This document shows, in pieces, positions 1 to 9,910 of a DNA stretch of 59,938 bases. Within the stretch, counting starts at the first letter, position 1, and each line of letters begins with the position of its first letter. Source of the DNA: an uncultured Candidatus Saccharibacteria bacterium (GTDB lineage: Bacteria; Patescibacteriota; Minisyncoccia; Phycocordibacterales; UBA2100); contig CAZGUV010000004.1 in the NCBI GenBank assembly GCA_964528735.1, forward strand, positions 5,427 through 65,364. Direction: 5' to 3'. The notes beneath the pieces were generated by a model. The model did not search any database. It saw nothing but the letters and a program-made list of their open reading frames with translations, and was not told the DNA's origin. The position numbers were made by a program, and so were the translations under genes.

Positions 1-756
1 GAAAAAATCAAGATGGAAAAGGGTGCGATTGAGATAGACAACATCACTTTCGCCTACGCTGATAGCTCTGAGGTTTTTTCTGACTTTTCTCTCTCGATAC
101 CAGCAGGACAAAAAGTAGGACTGGTGGGTCATTCTGGGTCTGGCAAAACTACTATAACAAAGCTCCTCCTTCGTTTCTTAGATGTAGATAACGGCTCAAT
201 ACATATTGACGGACAAGATATACGATATGTTTCGCAGAATGATTTGCGCTCCAAGATAGCGTATGTACCGCAAGATCCACTACTCTTCCACCGCTCGATT
301 GCAGAAAATATTGCCTATGGGAGACCCGATGCAACGCACGAGGAGATAGTTGCGGTCGCGAAGCGCGCACATGCACATGAATTTATTGAACGCCTCTCTC
401 ATGGCTACAATACACTTGTCGGAGAACGCGGGGTACGTCTTTCAGGCGGCGAACGACAACGCATTGCGATTGCTCGAGCGATGATTAAAGATGCACCCAT
501 CCTCTTGCTTGACGAAGCAACTTCAGCTCTCGACTCAGTCAGCGAGCGCCACATTCAACATGCATTCACTGACCTGATGAAAGGACGCACCACTATTGTT
601 ATTGCACACAGACTCTCAACCATTCAGTCTATGGACCGCATTGTTGTCTTTGAGCGAGGTGAGATTGTGGAAGATGGAACACATGAGACACTGATAAAAA
701 AGGATGGCGTATATGCAAACTTATGGAAGCAGCAATCGAGTGGATTCATTGAATAG
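1..756 (+). CDS. ABC transporter ATP-binding domain, C-terminal part of a fused permease/ATPase exporter (5' end lies outside the window)
   Basis: The frame is open from base 1. Walker [10 protein letters not shown], signature [14 protein letters not shown], Walker [13 protein letters not shown] and H-loop IAHRLST are present. Stop is TAG at 754-756. Confidence 0.9.
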   Translation, partial: EKIKMEKGAIEIDNITFAYADSSEVFSDFSLSIPAGQKVGLVGHSGSGKTTITKLLLRFLDVDNGSIHIDGQDIRYVSQNDLRSKIAYVPQDPLLFHRSIAENIAYGRPDATHEEIVAVAKRAHAHEFIERLSHGYNTLVGERGVRLSGGERQRIAIARAMIKDAPILLLDEATSALDSVSERHIQHAFTDLMKGRTTIVIAHRLSTIQSMDRIVVFERGEIVEDGTHETLIKKDGVYANLWKQQSSGFIE

Positions 757-827
757 CTGGGCAATACAGTTCGTTACGTAAATGCGCATGCGCAAGCGCC
801 TCAACGCAAAGGCTCGCGCTGTGGCAA

Positions 828-2066
828 CTAATGACGATGACTAAACGCAAGATGGTGCCGAAAGACAATAAGAAACAAAGTTGCAAATCCAGTGACAAAG
901 AAGACCGCACGGATCCCGAAATAAGTAATGAGCACTCCAGCAAGTACGAGCATAAGTACCTTTCCCAGATGATACGACATCTCTGCAATTGCAGTATATT
1001 CATCAACATAATGCCCACTATCTACTGCGGATGAATAACCACTCACATTTCGTGAAAGACGCATTACCGCATCACCAAACTTGTGATACGTGTCCACCAT
1101 AAAAACCTGAAATGGATTACCGACAAATGATTTAAGGAGCCATCCAGACATTGAAAGCACGACACCCCATCGCACTAATCTGTCTGGGCCAAACTTATCA
1201 ATCAGATACCCAAGACTCATGTTAAGTACAAGAATAGCGAGCAGTGTAAGTGTAGTGACAATACCAACCGCAATAAATCGCTCACTCAAAAGTTCGAAAA
1301 GAAATATTGGCCAGAGAATGGTAGCAACAGCAAGCTGTGCACCGTCCGCCCCATACCCCACCAAGATGCCACGATGTTTTCGGTGGAAAAGACGCTTAAA
1401 CGTCTCAAAATAGGTCCACGAAAAGCGCTCATAGATATCGTGCACGTAGTACACCGGAAACAGCGACATCAGACAGAGTAATGCGACAAAGAGGAGCGTG
1501 TCTGAAAACCCTGTCACAACAATCAAGATTGCTCCAATCAGTGGCGTAGCGACAGAGACGAGCTCAAGCAAATCTTCATACCAACCAAGTACAGCACCTC
1601 GATGGTGCTTACTGAGAGCCTGCACAAAATCAACATGGTATGGGACCCAGTACAGTGAGTGGTGAATCGCAAAAAACACCGCAAAGAGAGCTGCCGAAGT
1701 AGCGGGAGAAAAGCCTGGAGCAACATCATGAAGCGAAAGTGCCCACACTGACATTGCCGCAAATGGTATCGATATGGCAATAAGTGCACGCACGCCGAAT
1801 CGAGCGAGTAGCATCGCTGAAACTGGTGTCATGAAAAAAATCAGTACCGACATGAGTATGTAGATACCCAAGATTGTTGTTCCGAAGAGTTGATACAGAA
1901 GGATTGGAACAAACACGTTTACAAAGCCAAAGGCCATCTTCAAGATGAGACGATTCACCAAAAGCCCGCCTGCATGCAAAGAGAAGGATTGGATTGCCTT
2001 GAGGGCAGTAGCATCTGAATGGTGTGTTCGGTGATGGGTGTGTCTACCTCGTGCACGATAATGCAT
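828..2066 (-). CDS. Polytopic membrane protein, MFS-transporter-like
   Basis: 412 aa with about 12 hydrophobic spans in two halves. No diagnostic motif was verified and the start is uncertain. Confidence 0.5.
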   Translation of the reverse strand: MHYRARGRHTHHRTHHSDATALKAIQSFSLHAGGLLVNRLILKMAFGFVNVFVPILLYQLFGTTILGIYILMSVLIFFMTPVSAMLLARFGVRALIAISIPFAAMSVWALSLHDVAPGFSPATSAALFAVFFAIHHSLYWVPYHVDFVQALSKHHRGAVLGWYEDLLELVSVATPLIGAILIVVTGFSDTLLFVALLCLMSLFPVYYVHDIYERFSWTYFETFKRLFHRKHRGILVGYGADGAQLAVATILWPIFLFELLSERFIAVGIVTTLTLLAILVLNMSLGYLIDKFGPDRLVRWGVVLSMSGWLLKSFVGNPFQVFMVDTYHKFGDAVMRLSRNVSGYSSAVDSGHYVDEYTAIAEMSYHLGKVLMLVLAGVLITYFGIRAVFFVTGFATLFLIVFRHHLAFSHRH

Positions 2067-2114
2067 CTTTGCATTCTAGCGCGAAACACAGAATTCAGCA
2101 GGAAATACTGTGGA

Positions 2115-2675
2115 CTACCGAAGGATCTGTACTACAGTGGATGGAGGGTTATTGCACTCACCAGTATCGACTACTCCTTTCAGATTCTCCCCAAAAAGCG
2201 TCTGCACCTCTTCAAGAGTTGTTGCAGGTTTTTCACCCGAAAGATTTGCTGAAGTAGATACGATAGGACCAACTCGAGCAATAAATGCTCGCAAATCTTC
2301 TCTGAGCGGCATTCGAACGGCGAGTGTATCATTATATGCAAGGTGTGCGTGCTGCGGCTGCGCTTGAGCAAAGACAACAGAAACGGGACCAGGCCATATT
2401 CGCTTTAAGAAATCTATATGCTGCTCGGATGGTCTGATACCGCATTTCTCGAGATCACGCATCGTAGAGACAAGCACAATCATAGGCTTTTGTGAATCAC
2501 GTTCTTTCATTCTACGAATCTCTTGCACTGCATCGATGTCGTCGAGTGCACATGAGAGACCGTACACAGTGTCAGTTGGGAGCGCATAAACCGCACCCTT
2601 TTCAAGTTGTGTTATTTCAGAAAATGAATGAAAGATTTCCATACTATTCATCATCGCTACCGGCCTCAATTTCAC
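2115..2675 (-). CDS. tsaC: L-threonylcarbamoyladenylate synthase (TsaC/YrdC/Sua5 family)
   Basis: [14 protein letters not shown] and PGPVSVV..RMP..STSAN match YrdC-domain hallmarks. The listed start overlaps prfA by 32 nt, so an internal Met at 2651 or 2642 may be the real start. Confidence 0.8.
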   Translation of the reverse strand: MKLRPVAMMNSMEIFHSFSEITQLEKGAVYALPTDTVYGLSCALDDIDAVQEIRRMKERDSQKPMIVLVSTMRDLEKCGIRPSEQHIDFLKRIWPGPVSVVFAQAQPQHAHLAYNDTLAVRMPLREDLRAFIARVGPIVSTSANLSGEKPATTLEEVQTLFGENLKGVVDTGECNNPPSTVVQILR

Positions 2676-3636
2676 CTGACTCTATTTGAGGTATCTTCTG
2701 TACTGCATTCAAAATTTTGTCCAATTTACCCGCCATCACACCTTCGATGCCGGAGAAGGATTCTTTAATACGGTGATCGGTGATGCGATCCTGAGGAAAA
2801 TTGTATGTACGAATTTTTTCAGACCTATCTCCAGTACCAACCTGCGCCTTGCGGTTTTCTGAACGAGCAAGTGCTTCTTCTTCATCCTTTTTCTCTTGAA
2901 GGCGCGACATGAGCAACATCATCGCTTTCTCTCGGTTTTGTGCCTGACTTCGCTCTGAAGTGCAACGCACATCAAGCCCTGTGGGTTTATGAATGATACG
3001 CACAGCAGATTCTACTTTATTGACGTTCTGCCCACCTTTACCACCCGCACGAGAAAACTCGACTTCAAAATCAGTCGGCGAAACTACCACGTTTGTCCGC
3101 TTATACATTGGCAAAATAGCAACCGAGATGGTTGAAGTATGAATTCTTCCCTGCTTCTCAGTTTCAGGTACACGCTGTACTCGGTGGACACCAGTCTCAA
3201 ACCGCATTTTTTTGTAACAATCCTTTCCGCGTATTTCAAACGATGCCTCTTTGTAACCCCCCATCGCTGCACGAGACTCATCAAGCGCCTTCCATGTCCA
3301 TCCTTGAGTACCCGCATAGAGCAGATACGCCTTTGCGAGCTCCTCTGCGAAGAGTGCCGCCTCTTCTCCCCCTGCACCACCGCGCACCTCAAATACCATT
3401 TCGTTTGGATACTCACGCTCTTTGATGCTCGATGCGATTATCTCCTCAATCTGTTTAGTCAGTGTGTCTTTTTGTTGTGACAAATCGTGAAGCTCAGCCT
3501 CTGCGAGTTCCTTCATGGTGGCATCTGCCTCCATGAGTTCAGTTGCATCTTGCTCTGACTTGGTGAGTCGCTTCCACTCTTCAACAAGATACATTACCTT
3601 TGGATCGTCCTCGTATTGTAGTGGATCAAATGTCAT
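2644..3636 (-). CDS. prfA: Peptide chain release factor 1
   Basis: GGQ motif ([22 protein letters not shown]) and an RF1-type PxT tripeptide context ([15 protein letters not shown]). 330 aa. Confidence 0.9.
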   Translation of the reverse strand: MTFDPLQYEDDPKVMYLVEEWKRLTKSEQDATELMEADATMKELAEAELHDLSQQKDTLTKQIEEIIASSIKEREYPNEMVFEVRGGAGGEEAALFAEELAKAYLLYAGTQGWTWKALDESRAAMGGYKEASFEIRGKDCYKKMRFETGVHRVQRVPETEKQGRIHTSTISVAILPMYKRTNVVVSPTDFEVEFSRAGGKGGQNVNKVESAVRIIHKPTGLDVRCTSERSQAQNREKAMMLLMSRLQEKKDEEEALARSENRKAQVGTGDRSEKIRTYNFPQDRITDHRIKESFSGIEGVMAGKLDKILNAVQKIPQIESGEIEAGSDDE

Positions 3637-3640
3637 AGAT

Positions 3641-3696
3641 ATAGAAAACCCGCGCCTATGACACTAGCGTAACACGCAAGTGTCATAGGCGCGGGT
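3641..3696 (-). terminator. Rho-independent terminator after rpmE
   Basis: Perfect 18-bp stem (3648-3665 / 3679-3696) with a 13-nt loop, followed on the minus strand by TTTTCTAT. Confidence 0.7.
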
Positions 3697-3703
3697 ACTG
3701 AAG

Positions 3704-3961
3704 TTATTTAGACTTTTTTGCTGCTGCGCGTGCCTTGAACTTTTCAACACGTCCTGCAGTGTCGACAACGGTAGACTTACCGGTATAAAACGGGTGCGAT
3801 GCAGAAGATATTTCAACGTAGAATACTGGGTATTCTTTACCGTCAGTCCACTGTGCCTTGTCAGTTGTCTTTACAGTTGAGGAGATAAGAAAGCGCTCAC
3901 CTGAGGTGTTGTCATGGAAAATGACCATTCGGTAGTCGCTTGGATGTGTGTCTGCTTTCAT
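3704..3961 (-). CDS. rpmE: 50S ribosomal protein L31, type B (no CxxC zinc motif)
   Basis: MKADTHP...[11 protein letters not shown] is the classic L31 signature, and no cysteine pairs are present. Confidence 0.9.
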   Translation of the reverse strand: MKADTHPSDYRMVIFHDNTSGERFLISSTVKTTDKAQWTDGKEYPVFYVEISSASHPFYTGKSTVVDTAGRVEKFKARAAAKKSK

Positions 3962-4000
3962 AGGGGGGCACTATACAACAGTCATGCAAAAAATGCAAAA

Positions 4001-5299
4001 CTACTGCCCTCGGATAATCTTTATCTCCCGTTCGTACTTTTCTACGTTTTCCATGACGTCATTCCCATAGAAAGCATAGGCTGGTTTCGATGCATTTGCC
4101 CATCCTGCAAGGTAGCGCAATGATGCAAGTCGCTCTGCGGCTGGAGTTTGTGCTCCTGCACCATTATCTTTCATATAAAGCGCTGTAGCGAAGGTAGCGG
4201 TTCGCGCATTCCATGGATTAGGAGGGTTTTCACCCGTGAGTGCAGTGATGCGAGACTTGATGCCTTTCCATGTAGAAGGGATAAATTGCCCCGGTCCCAT
4301 AGCACCTCCCCATCCATACCACGGCTTTTTTGATACTGGCATTTTATCTGGATCAAGTCCGAGCTCTGCACAAATCTCGAGGAATACCGGTCTATCACGA
4401 GTAGGGTGCATATCAACTGTCCATGTACCCTTACCGACATTTTTTCCAAGATTTGATTCCACGGTGAGAATGGCAAGAATGAGCTCAGATCGGACGCCGG
4501 TCTGACGGCTCGCCTCATCTGCATACTGGAGCATCGTCTCAAATGTGAGCGGACCTGAAGTAGAATCGCGCAAACTAAAGAGCGCCTTACGCAATTGTGA
4601 TGCTGTTTTCTCCTGCTGGTTAATATATTGCTCGTACTCCTTCTCCTTACCTTTTGTTGCTTTCAAAATCGCCGCTTTCTCTTGTTCGCGCGAAACCGCA
4701 ACTTGCCGTTCTCGCTCTTGAATTGCACGAAGCTCTTCTTTCTCCTCTTGTTCTGCTTCAAGCCGTGATTTTTCTTCGTCGAGTGTTTCTTTTGTATTCC
4801 GTATGGTCTCAAACGTCTCACTGAGCGCTTCTTGGAGCGACTGAATGTCGTTAGTTTCTGTAAACACTGTCGTGAGCGAATCACCACGAAGCATGACCTC
4901 AACGAGTGTCTGATCATCACTCTGGCGAGCAGTTCGTAATAACTGTGCAAGTGATGCCCTCGCACGTTTTGCTCTATCATTGAGCGTACCGATATGAACC
5001 TCCTTCTGCTTTATATTCTTATCTATCGTCTTTATTTCAAGATCTCTTCGTTGCAGTGAGAGCTTTGCCTCCTTTACTTTCGCATCAAGTATAGACAAAT
5101 CCCGCTCGATGGTTCTTCGTTCAGACTTTTTCGATTCGAGTTGCGCTTTGTTTGCTTCAATATCCTTTTCAAGAATTTTCAGTTGTTGTTGTATCTGCTC
5201 ACGAGACAGGCCCTCAAATCCAGATTCCTGAGCGTATGCCACACAACAAAGACTCGCGCCGAGCGCGAGTGACAAAAGAAACTGTTCGTGTATACGCAT
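4001..5299 (-). CDS. Exported coiled-coil protein with a C-terminal lytic murein transglycosylase (MltB/SLT_2-like) domain
   Basis: Signal peptide, about 230 aa of heptad-rich charged coiled coil, then LAILTVESNLG ... GAMGPGQFIPSTW, typical of lytic transglycosylases. Confidence 0.65.
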   Translation of the reverse strand: MRIHEQFLLSLALGASLCCVAYAQESGFEGLSREQIQQQLKILEKDIEANKAQLESKKSERRTIERDLSILDAKVKEAKLSLQRRDLEIKTIDKNIKQKEVHIGTLNDRAKRARASLAQLLRTARQSDDQTLVEVMLRGDSLTTVFTETNDIQSLQEALSETFETIRNTKETLDEEKSRLEAEQEEKEELRAIQERERQVAVSREQEKAAILKATKGKEKEYEQYINQQEKTASQLRKALFSLRDSTSGPLTFETMLQYADEASRQTGVRSELILAILTVESNLGKNVGKGTWTVDMHPTRDRPVFLEICAELGLDPDKMPVSKKPWYGWGGAMGPGQFIPSTWKGIKSRITALTGENPPNPWNARTATFATALYMKDNGAGAQTPAAERLASLRYLAGWANASKPAYAFYGNDVMENVEKYEREIKIIRGQ

Positions 5300-5316
5300 G
5301 ACTCCCCTAAGGGTAA

Positions 5317-5352
5317 CAAAATACGCCCCAGTCGCAAGCGATTGGGGCGTAT
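5317..5352 (-). terminator. Rho-independent terminator after the L25 gene
   Basis: 10-bp stem atacgcccca / tggggcgtat (5321-5330 / 5343-5352), followed on the minus strand by TTTGTT. Confidence 0.6.
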
Positions 5353-5371
5353 CTCTGTATGTAAGTCGTTA

Positions 5372-6070
5372 TTAGTCAGACTTCTTCTTGTCTGGATCAG
5401 CAGGCTTTGCTGCTGCTGCCGCTGCTGCTGCAGCTTGTGCTTCAGCAACTGCTGGGATGACATCAGGTGCGGCATTAGAGATAACCTCCTCTTTCGCCTC
5501 AACTGCAGTTGCAATAATTTCATCACTTGCGAGTTCTGCTTCTGCAGATGCTGGAAGTGGCAAGTCAGCAACAGTGATGTGATCATCAACTTTGGCAAGC
5601 TTTGCAAGATCAACATCAATGTGACTTGGAAGTTCAGACGGAAGAACTTCAATAGTGAGCTCATGCATAACCTTGATGATGATTGCACCAGATTTTTCTG
5701 CCTGTGAAAGACCGACGAAATGAAGTGGTACTGTAGCAGTCAACTTCTTAGTCTTATCAAATGCGTAGAAATCAACATGGAGCGCCTCATTGGTGAGTGG
5801 GTGCATCTGCACTTCGTGAATGAGTACTTCGATGTCACTACCAAGACCCTTGATGGCGATGATTGTTGATTCACCTGCTGTGCGCCAGACCTTTGCAAAT
5901 TCGCGCGCAGGGATACTAATAGATTGTGCAGCTGTTTTAGGGCCATAGACAACAGCTGGGATTGACTCCTGGCTGTGCAATGTAGCCACTGATTCTGTGG
6001 CTGCACGATTCTTTGCGGTTACCGTAAGCATGGGCGGAAGTATACTGAAAAGTCGATAAAAAGCAACCAT
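5372..6070 (-). CDS. rplY: 50S ribosomal protein L25/general stress protein Ctc with a poly-Ala/Lys-rich tail
   Basis: IPAVVYGPK...VLIHEVQMHPLTNEALHVDFY matches the L25/Ctc fold. A strong SD (AGGGAGGGG) lies 8 nt upstream of the ATG at 6070. The C-terminus is AQAAAAAAAAAKPADPDKKKSD. Confidence 0.85.
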   Translation of the reverse strand: MVAFYRLFSILPPMLTVTAKNRAATESVATLHSQESIPAVVYGPKTAAQSISIPAREFAKVWRTAGESTIIAIKGLGSDIEVLIHEVQMHPLTNEALHVDFYAFDKTKKLTATVPLHFVGLSQAEKSGAIIIKVMHELTIEVLPSELPSHIDVDLAKLAKVDDHITVADLPLPASAEAELASDEIIATAVEAKEEVISNAAPDVIPAVAEAQAAAAAAAAAKPADPDKKKSD

Positions 6071-6122
6071 TTCGGAAACCCCTCCCTCTTAAGGCAAACT
6101 CAACGGGCTCACATGCAGCAAC

Positions 6123-6149
6123 AAAAAATCTCCCGTGGGGAGATTTTTT
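6123..6149. terminator. A/T-flanked hairpin, potentially a bidirectional terminator
   Basis: aaaaaatctccc-gtg-gggagatttttt. It sits immediately after the stop of the mini-ORF at 6157-6225 on the minus strand. Confidence 0.6.
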
Positions 6150-6156
6150 GAGAAGA

Positions 6157-6225
6157 CTATTTTCGCTTCTTCTTTCCTGCTTTCTTTTTTGCAGGAGCCT
6201 TCTTCGCTTTCTTTTTTGCTGCCAT
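6157..6225 (-). CDS. Candidate 22-aa lysine-rich peptide (MAAKKKAKKAPAKKKAGKKKRK)
   Basis: Hand-translated ATG..TAG ORF, below the ORF-track cutoff, in a 272-nt gap. A terminator hairpin follows directly. No clear SD, so it is speculative. Confidence 0.25.
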   Translation of the reverse strand: MAAKKKAKKAPAKKKAGKKKRK

Positions 6226-6342
6226 GGCTTTGAGTTAGCGCTAGTAACAAAGAGCTCGACCTCTAATCACAAGTATACGTGATTTTTTCGCACTCAACAT
6301 TCTGAATGGTCATACCTGTGAATAACTTTTCTCTAAAGAAAA

Positions 6343-6786
6343 TTATTCTTTCGCATCGACATCTCTCCATGTCATGACAAGAATAAATATAATTAGAGTT
6401 GTGCATGCTGAGAGCACACAGTAGCGACACCACGCATTGATGACGAATGCCTGTAAGTATGTAAAGTATGCAGATGATGCAAGACCAGCAACGACGTACA
6501 CTCGAAGCGCTCGTTTGTAAGGGATAAATGACTCAAGGTATGCGCGCACAGGGAGTGTACGAATCGCAACGAGAATGATAATGCCAAAATAAAAAATAAC
6601 CCCAAGCAGAGAAAGTGGTATGCCGAAAATAACTGAGTGCGGTGACGCAGCGACAATATTACAACCACCCGATGCACCACACGACAGTGGTTCTCCGCTG
6701 ATGCGATGAGCGAACAGATACAACGCGTCGACAAGACCCACGAGTGCCGTGACGATAATGAGTAAAGTTCTGTAGAGTGTCTTCAT
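6343..6786 (-). CDS. Vitamin K epoxide reductase (VKOR) family membrane thiol oxidoreductase
   Basis: Loop cysteines (PLSCGASGGC) and a CxxC in the last TM segment (WCRYC), about 4 TMs. The start was moved to the Met at 6786 to avoid a 65-nt overlap with the upstream gene. Confidence 0.75.
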   Translation of the reverse strand: MKTLYRTLLIIVTALVGLVDALYLFAHRISGEPLSCGASGGCNIVAASPHSVIFGIPLSLLGVIFYFGIIILVAIRTLPVRAYLESFIPYKRALRVYVVAGLASSAYFTYLQAFVINAWCRYCVLSACTTLIIFILVMTWRDVDAKE

Positions 6787-6814
6787 CGAGTAAGTATACC
6801 CAATTGCCCCACGA

Positions 6815-7948
6815 CTACAATTCTGCACGGATTGCGTATAGTAATTCAGCGCGAAAAACTGCATCTGTAACTCGCTCACGAAACTTTTTATTTGCTTTCA
6901 ATTCTTGAAGCACACGCGCATGTGCCGCTTTCGGGTCAGGAGGAATGACCACTACATCTGCCCCAGCCTTCAATGCACGCACACTTCTATCAGAATATTT
7001 ATTGAGCGCTCCCATCGCCATCGAATCGGTCACGATGAGACCCTTAAACCCGAGTGAATTACGCAGAAGCCCTGTCATCACAACAGAAGAAAGCGTACTC
7101 GGAAGACCTTTGGAGTCATGCGCGCCAGCACGAATTTCAATGTGCCCAACCATAACAACAGGAACTCCAAACTGTATCGCACTCACAAACTGAGCAACTT
7201 CAGGAATGCCGTACTCGCCCGATGTCCACACAGGCTGCACGTGCGAATCACCTTTTACTTGCCCATGTCCAGGAAAATGTTTTGCCGTCGGTATCACTTG
7301 TGCTTCCCATGTCGCTTGTGCGAATGCATTCGCGCGGAGCATCGGATCACTTTCAAATGTACCGAACGAACGATTACCAATCACTTCCTTATTGGGGCCA
7401 GTATCGTACACTGGTGCGAAGTTGAAATAAATACCCGCATCAGCAAGTGCACGCGCAATGGTTTTCCCCGCTTCTGCAGATTTTTGCGTATCAGTAAGTA
7501 GAATCGTATTAGGCACCTTGATTGCAGGCATGCGGTACTTCATCAAACTTGGTTCTGCGTCAAGTGCAGCCATAAGTGTGGTGGTAGTGTGCGGGCATGC
7601 CTTGGTATAGGCTTTCTGTATTGATTGAGTAAGTGCCTTGCTCGTATCGCTTCTCAGCAGAATATATGAGCGTGCTCGTATATCACAGAGCAGTTTCCCA
7701 AACACTTCTGCCTTCATTCCCTTTTCAAAAGACGGCATGAGGACTGCCCCAGCGAGTTCGGCATCAGAAAAACGTGCAATTTTTTCACTCACACGAGCTC
7801 TGAGCTGAGGATTTTCTGAGCGCTCTTGCCAATCGATTCCCACGGCAGTGCTTGAAGTAGTAGCTGAGAAATTCCCTTGAGCATACACACACGTAGTACC
7901 TACCAATCCAATGCTAAGCACTGCATACGCAAGAAAGGTGCGCATCAT
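6815..7948 (-). CDS. Exported glycoside hydrolase family 3, beta-N-acetylhexosaminidase (NagZ-like)
   Basis: Signal peptide, KHFPGHGQVKGDSH motif and the GH3 N-terminal domain pattern (VVMVGH, IVTDSMAMGA). Confidence 0.8.
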   Translation of the reverse strand: MMRTFLAYAVLSIGLVGTTCVYAQGNFSATTSSTAVGIDWQERSENPQLRARVSEKIARFSDAELAGAVLMPSFEKGMKAEVFGKLLCDIRARSYILLRSDTSKALTQSIQKAYTKACPHTTTTLMAALDAEPSLMKYRMPAIKVPNTILLTDTQKSAEAGKTIARALADAGIYFNFAPVYDTGPNKEVIGNRSFGTFESDPMLRANAFAQATWEAQVIPTAKHFPGHGQVKGDSHVQPVWTSGEYGIPEVAQFVSAIQFGVPVVMVGHIEIRAGAHDSKGLPSTLSSVVMTGLLRNSLGFKGLIVTDSMAMGALNKYSDRSVRALKAGADVVVIPPDPKAAHARVLQELKANKKFRERVTDAVFRAELLYAIRAEL

Positions 7949-7950
7949 GC

Positions 7951-8691
7951 CTACTGAAGTGTAAACACTGCTTTTACTGAGAGCATTACATCCTTGTCCT
8001 TCGTAGAAGTATCATATTCACCATAGTCTGAGACTGCAGTTGAGTCAGGCGCCATGACCTGCACGACACCATTGTTTGCACTTTTCATTCGTCCGACTGA
8101 TTGATTCATTGCCATTGCAATACTTTCCGCTCGTTTTTTCGCATCTTCAATTGCCTTACCGATGAGTTTTATGCGGAGCTCAGGGAGATTTGAAATAAGG
8201 TACTGCGGCTGGATTGGTGTAAACCGAAGATTCTGTTGTGCAAGCGCAACAGTGTTTTGTGCGGCAGCTTCTACTATCGCTACATTTTTTGTAGTAACCA
8301 TAATGTTTTGTCTGACCATTGTTTTGCGAACCTGGTTATCCCCTGAGCCGGTATAGTGTTCGTATGATGTGATTGGTGATGCAACAATCTCTGCTTCAGC
8401 AAAACCTTGCTTCAAAAGAAATTGCCTTACTTTCTTTGTATCTTCAGTAACACCTTGGTATCCCTGTGCGAGCTCACCCTCAGCAACAATCCGTTCAACA
8501 TCGACTCCCCACTTCGCAGTGTCAGCCGTCACGCGTTCCTTGGTAGAACCAGTTACAGAAAGTGTATTATCAAGCGACTTGATATGATACATAGTGTACG
8601 AACCAACACACGCTGATGCGATGAGTGAAAGTCCAAGAATAATTGCGAATGAATTTTTCTGAAGAGTCTCCATAGGTTTAGAGTATAGCAA
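7951..8691 (-). CDS. SIMPL/DUF541 domain protein, membrane anchored
   Basis: N-terminal TM segment. The overall pattern (SVTGS..., AIEDAKKRAESIAMAMN) resembles SIMPL-family periplasmic proteins. Recognised by eye only. Confidence 0.55.
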   Translation of the reverse strand: MLYSKPMETLQKNSFAIILGLSLIASACVGSYTMYHIKSLDNTLSVTGSTKERVTADTAKWGVDVERIVAEGELAQGYQGVTEDTKKVRQFLLKQGFAEAEIVASPITSYEHYTGSGDNQVRKTMVRQNIMVTTKNVAIVEAAAQNTVALAQQNLRFTPIQPQYLISNLPELRIKLIGKAIEDAKKRAESIAMAMNQSVGRMKSANNGVVQVMAPDSTAVSDYGEYDTSTKDKDVMLSVKAVFTLQ

Positions 8692-9288
8692 CTACATGCC
8701 TCCCTGCCAAAGGCGCACAGCATCTGTTGGATACACAAGCATGAGTATATTGAGTGTGAGATTATCGCGGATGATATACCCTACCCCAATCTCCATAATG
8801 ATGATGAGTACACATACCACCCACCATCTCATTCTCTCTGCAGCGAGGTAACCAAGGGTGGCAGCAATTACATCAGATACCGAATTGATAATACTATCGC
8901 CGAAGTAGTCGAGGGATATTGTCGCTTCTCGATACCTATTGATTATAAAATCTGTATTCTCAAGCAACTCCCATCCCATTTCAATACCAATCGCCAAAAA
9001 AAGACGCTGCGACACTGAGAGGAAACGACGAAATGGATAGAGCACCCAAAAGAATATGAATCCATGGATTATATGGCTGAAGGTATACCAATCTGAAATA
9101 TGCTGCGAATTTTCAGAACTCTGCACGACTCCATGCCATAGCTTTATGTATCCCCCTGAAAAAATAAAAGGCTGCCCCATCATCCATAGAGCGAATGCAT
9201 GGACACAGAGGAGCCCTACGATGCAACACGCAACACTATAGATATACAACTTCACTCTCCAAGTGTACATCGAAGTACTCTCTCGCAC
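8692..9288 (-). CDS. DUF2585-like integral membrane protein
   Basis: LWHGVVQSSENSQHISDWYTFSHIIHG resembles the UPF0314/DUF2585 signature. 5-6 TMs. Confidence 0.5.
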   Translation of the reverse strand: MRESTSMYTWRVKLYIYSVACCIVGLLCVHAFALWMMGQPFIFSGGYIKLWHGVVQSSENSQHISDWYTFSHIIHGFIFFWVLYPFRRFLSVSQRLFLAIGIEMGWELLENTDFIINRYREATISLDYFGDSIINSVSDVIAATLGYLAAERMRWWVVCVLIIIMEIGVGYIIRDNLTLNILMLVYPTDAVRLWQGGM

Positions 9289-9719
9289 TAGGCATGATGA
9301 TGGTGGTGCCCATCTGCATGGGAATGTCCATGACCATCAAATTCAGGAATATGCTTCCTGCCATGGAGGACGTACACTGCGAGCGCTGTTGTAAGCGGGA
9401 CCGTAAAGATGAGCCCAATCGAACCCACAAGTGAACAGACAATCTCCGTTGCAAAATACTCCATATTTATGATGGTCAACAAAGGAGTCGAATTCTGAAA
9501 CATAAGCATCACACTGGGGAGCGCGACTCCAACGTATGCGAGCACGAGTGTATTTACCAGTGCCCCCACATGTGCGCGCCCCACACGGAGTGCGCGTCGG
9601 TACAACTCAAAACGAGAAAGTAAACGGTCCGCTTTGTGGAGTTCACTCACTACAGCAACTTGCGTAACGGCAATATCATCAAGCACACCAAGTGCGCCGA
9701 TGATGTCGGTGCGCGCGGA
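9288..9719 (-). pseudogene. 5'-truncated YibE/F-family membrane protein remnant with a His-rich C-terminus
   Basis: The YibE/F-like sequence (DIIGALGVLDDIAVTQ ... TLVLAYVG ... FTVPLTTA) runs in frame up to a TAG at 9720-9722 with no N-terminal two thirds. Only a GTG at 9686 could act as a start. Confidence 0.5.
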
Positions 9720-9910
9720 CTACAGTATGGATATTACATCGAAGGAAGCCCCGAATCACACACTGCGACCTCTGGCAATTCAGTATTTCTCACGAGCGAC
9801 GGTACACCAGATGGAGACAGCTTAGATCCATTTTACAAGGGCTCTGAGTTCACCATATCGCCAGGCGCGTTTATCAATATTACAAAGTAACTCGTTATTT
9901 GAAATAAAAT

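Noticed and set aside
5396-5445. GCTGCTGCCGCTGCTGCTGCAGC microsatellite-like repeat
   Set aside because: It encodes the in-frame poly-Ala stretch of the L25/Ctc tail. It is not an independent tandem-repeat locus or CRISPR-like array.
5179-5688. 169-aa Gln/Leu-rich minus-strand ORF
   Set aside because: It is out of frame over the L25 tail and the start of the transglycosylase gene. Its low-complexity QQQ run is simply the poly-Ala GCTGCTGC codon repeat read in another frame.
9634-9825. 63-aa plus-strand ORF, and an internal 32-aa ATG ORF at 9727
   Set aside because: It overlaps the YibE/F remnant in antisense and has no SD or motif. The other plus frame (ending at 9890) looks more protein-like, but it lacks a start and is treated as a remnant.
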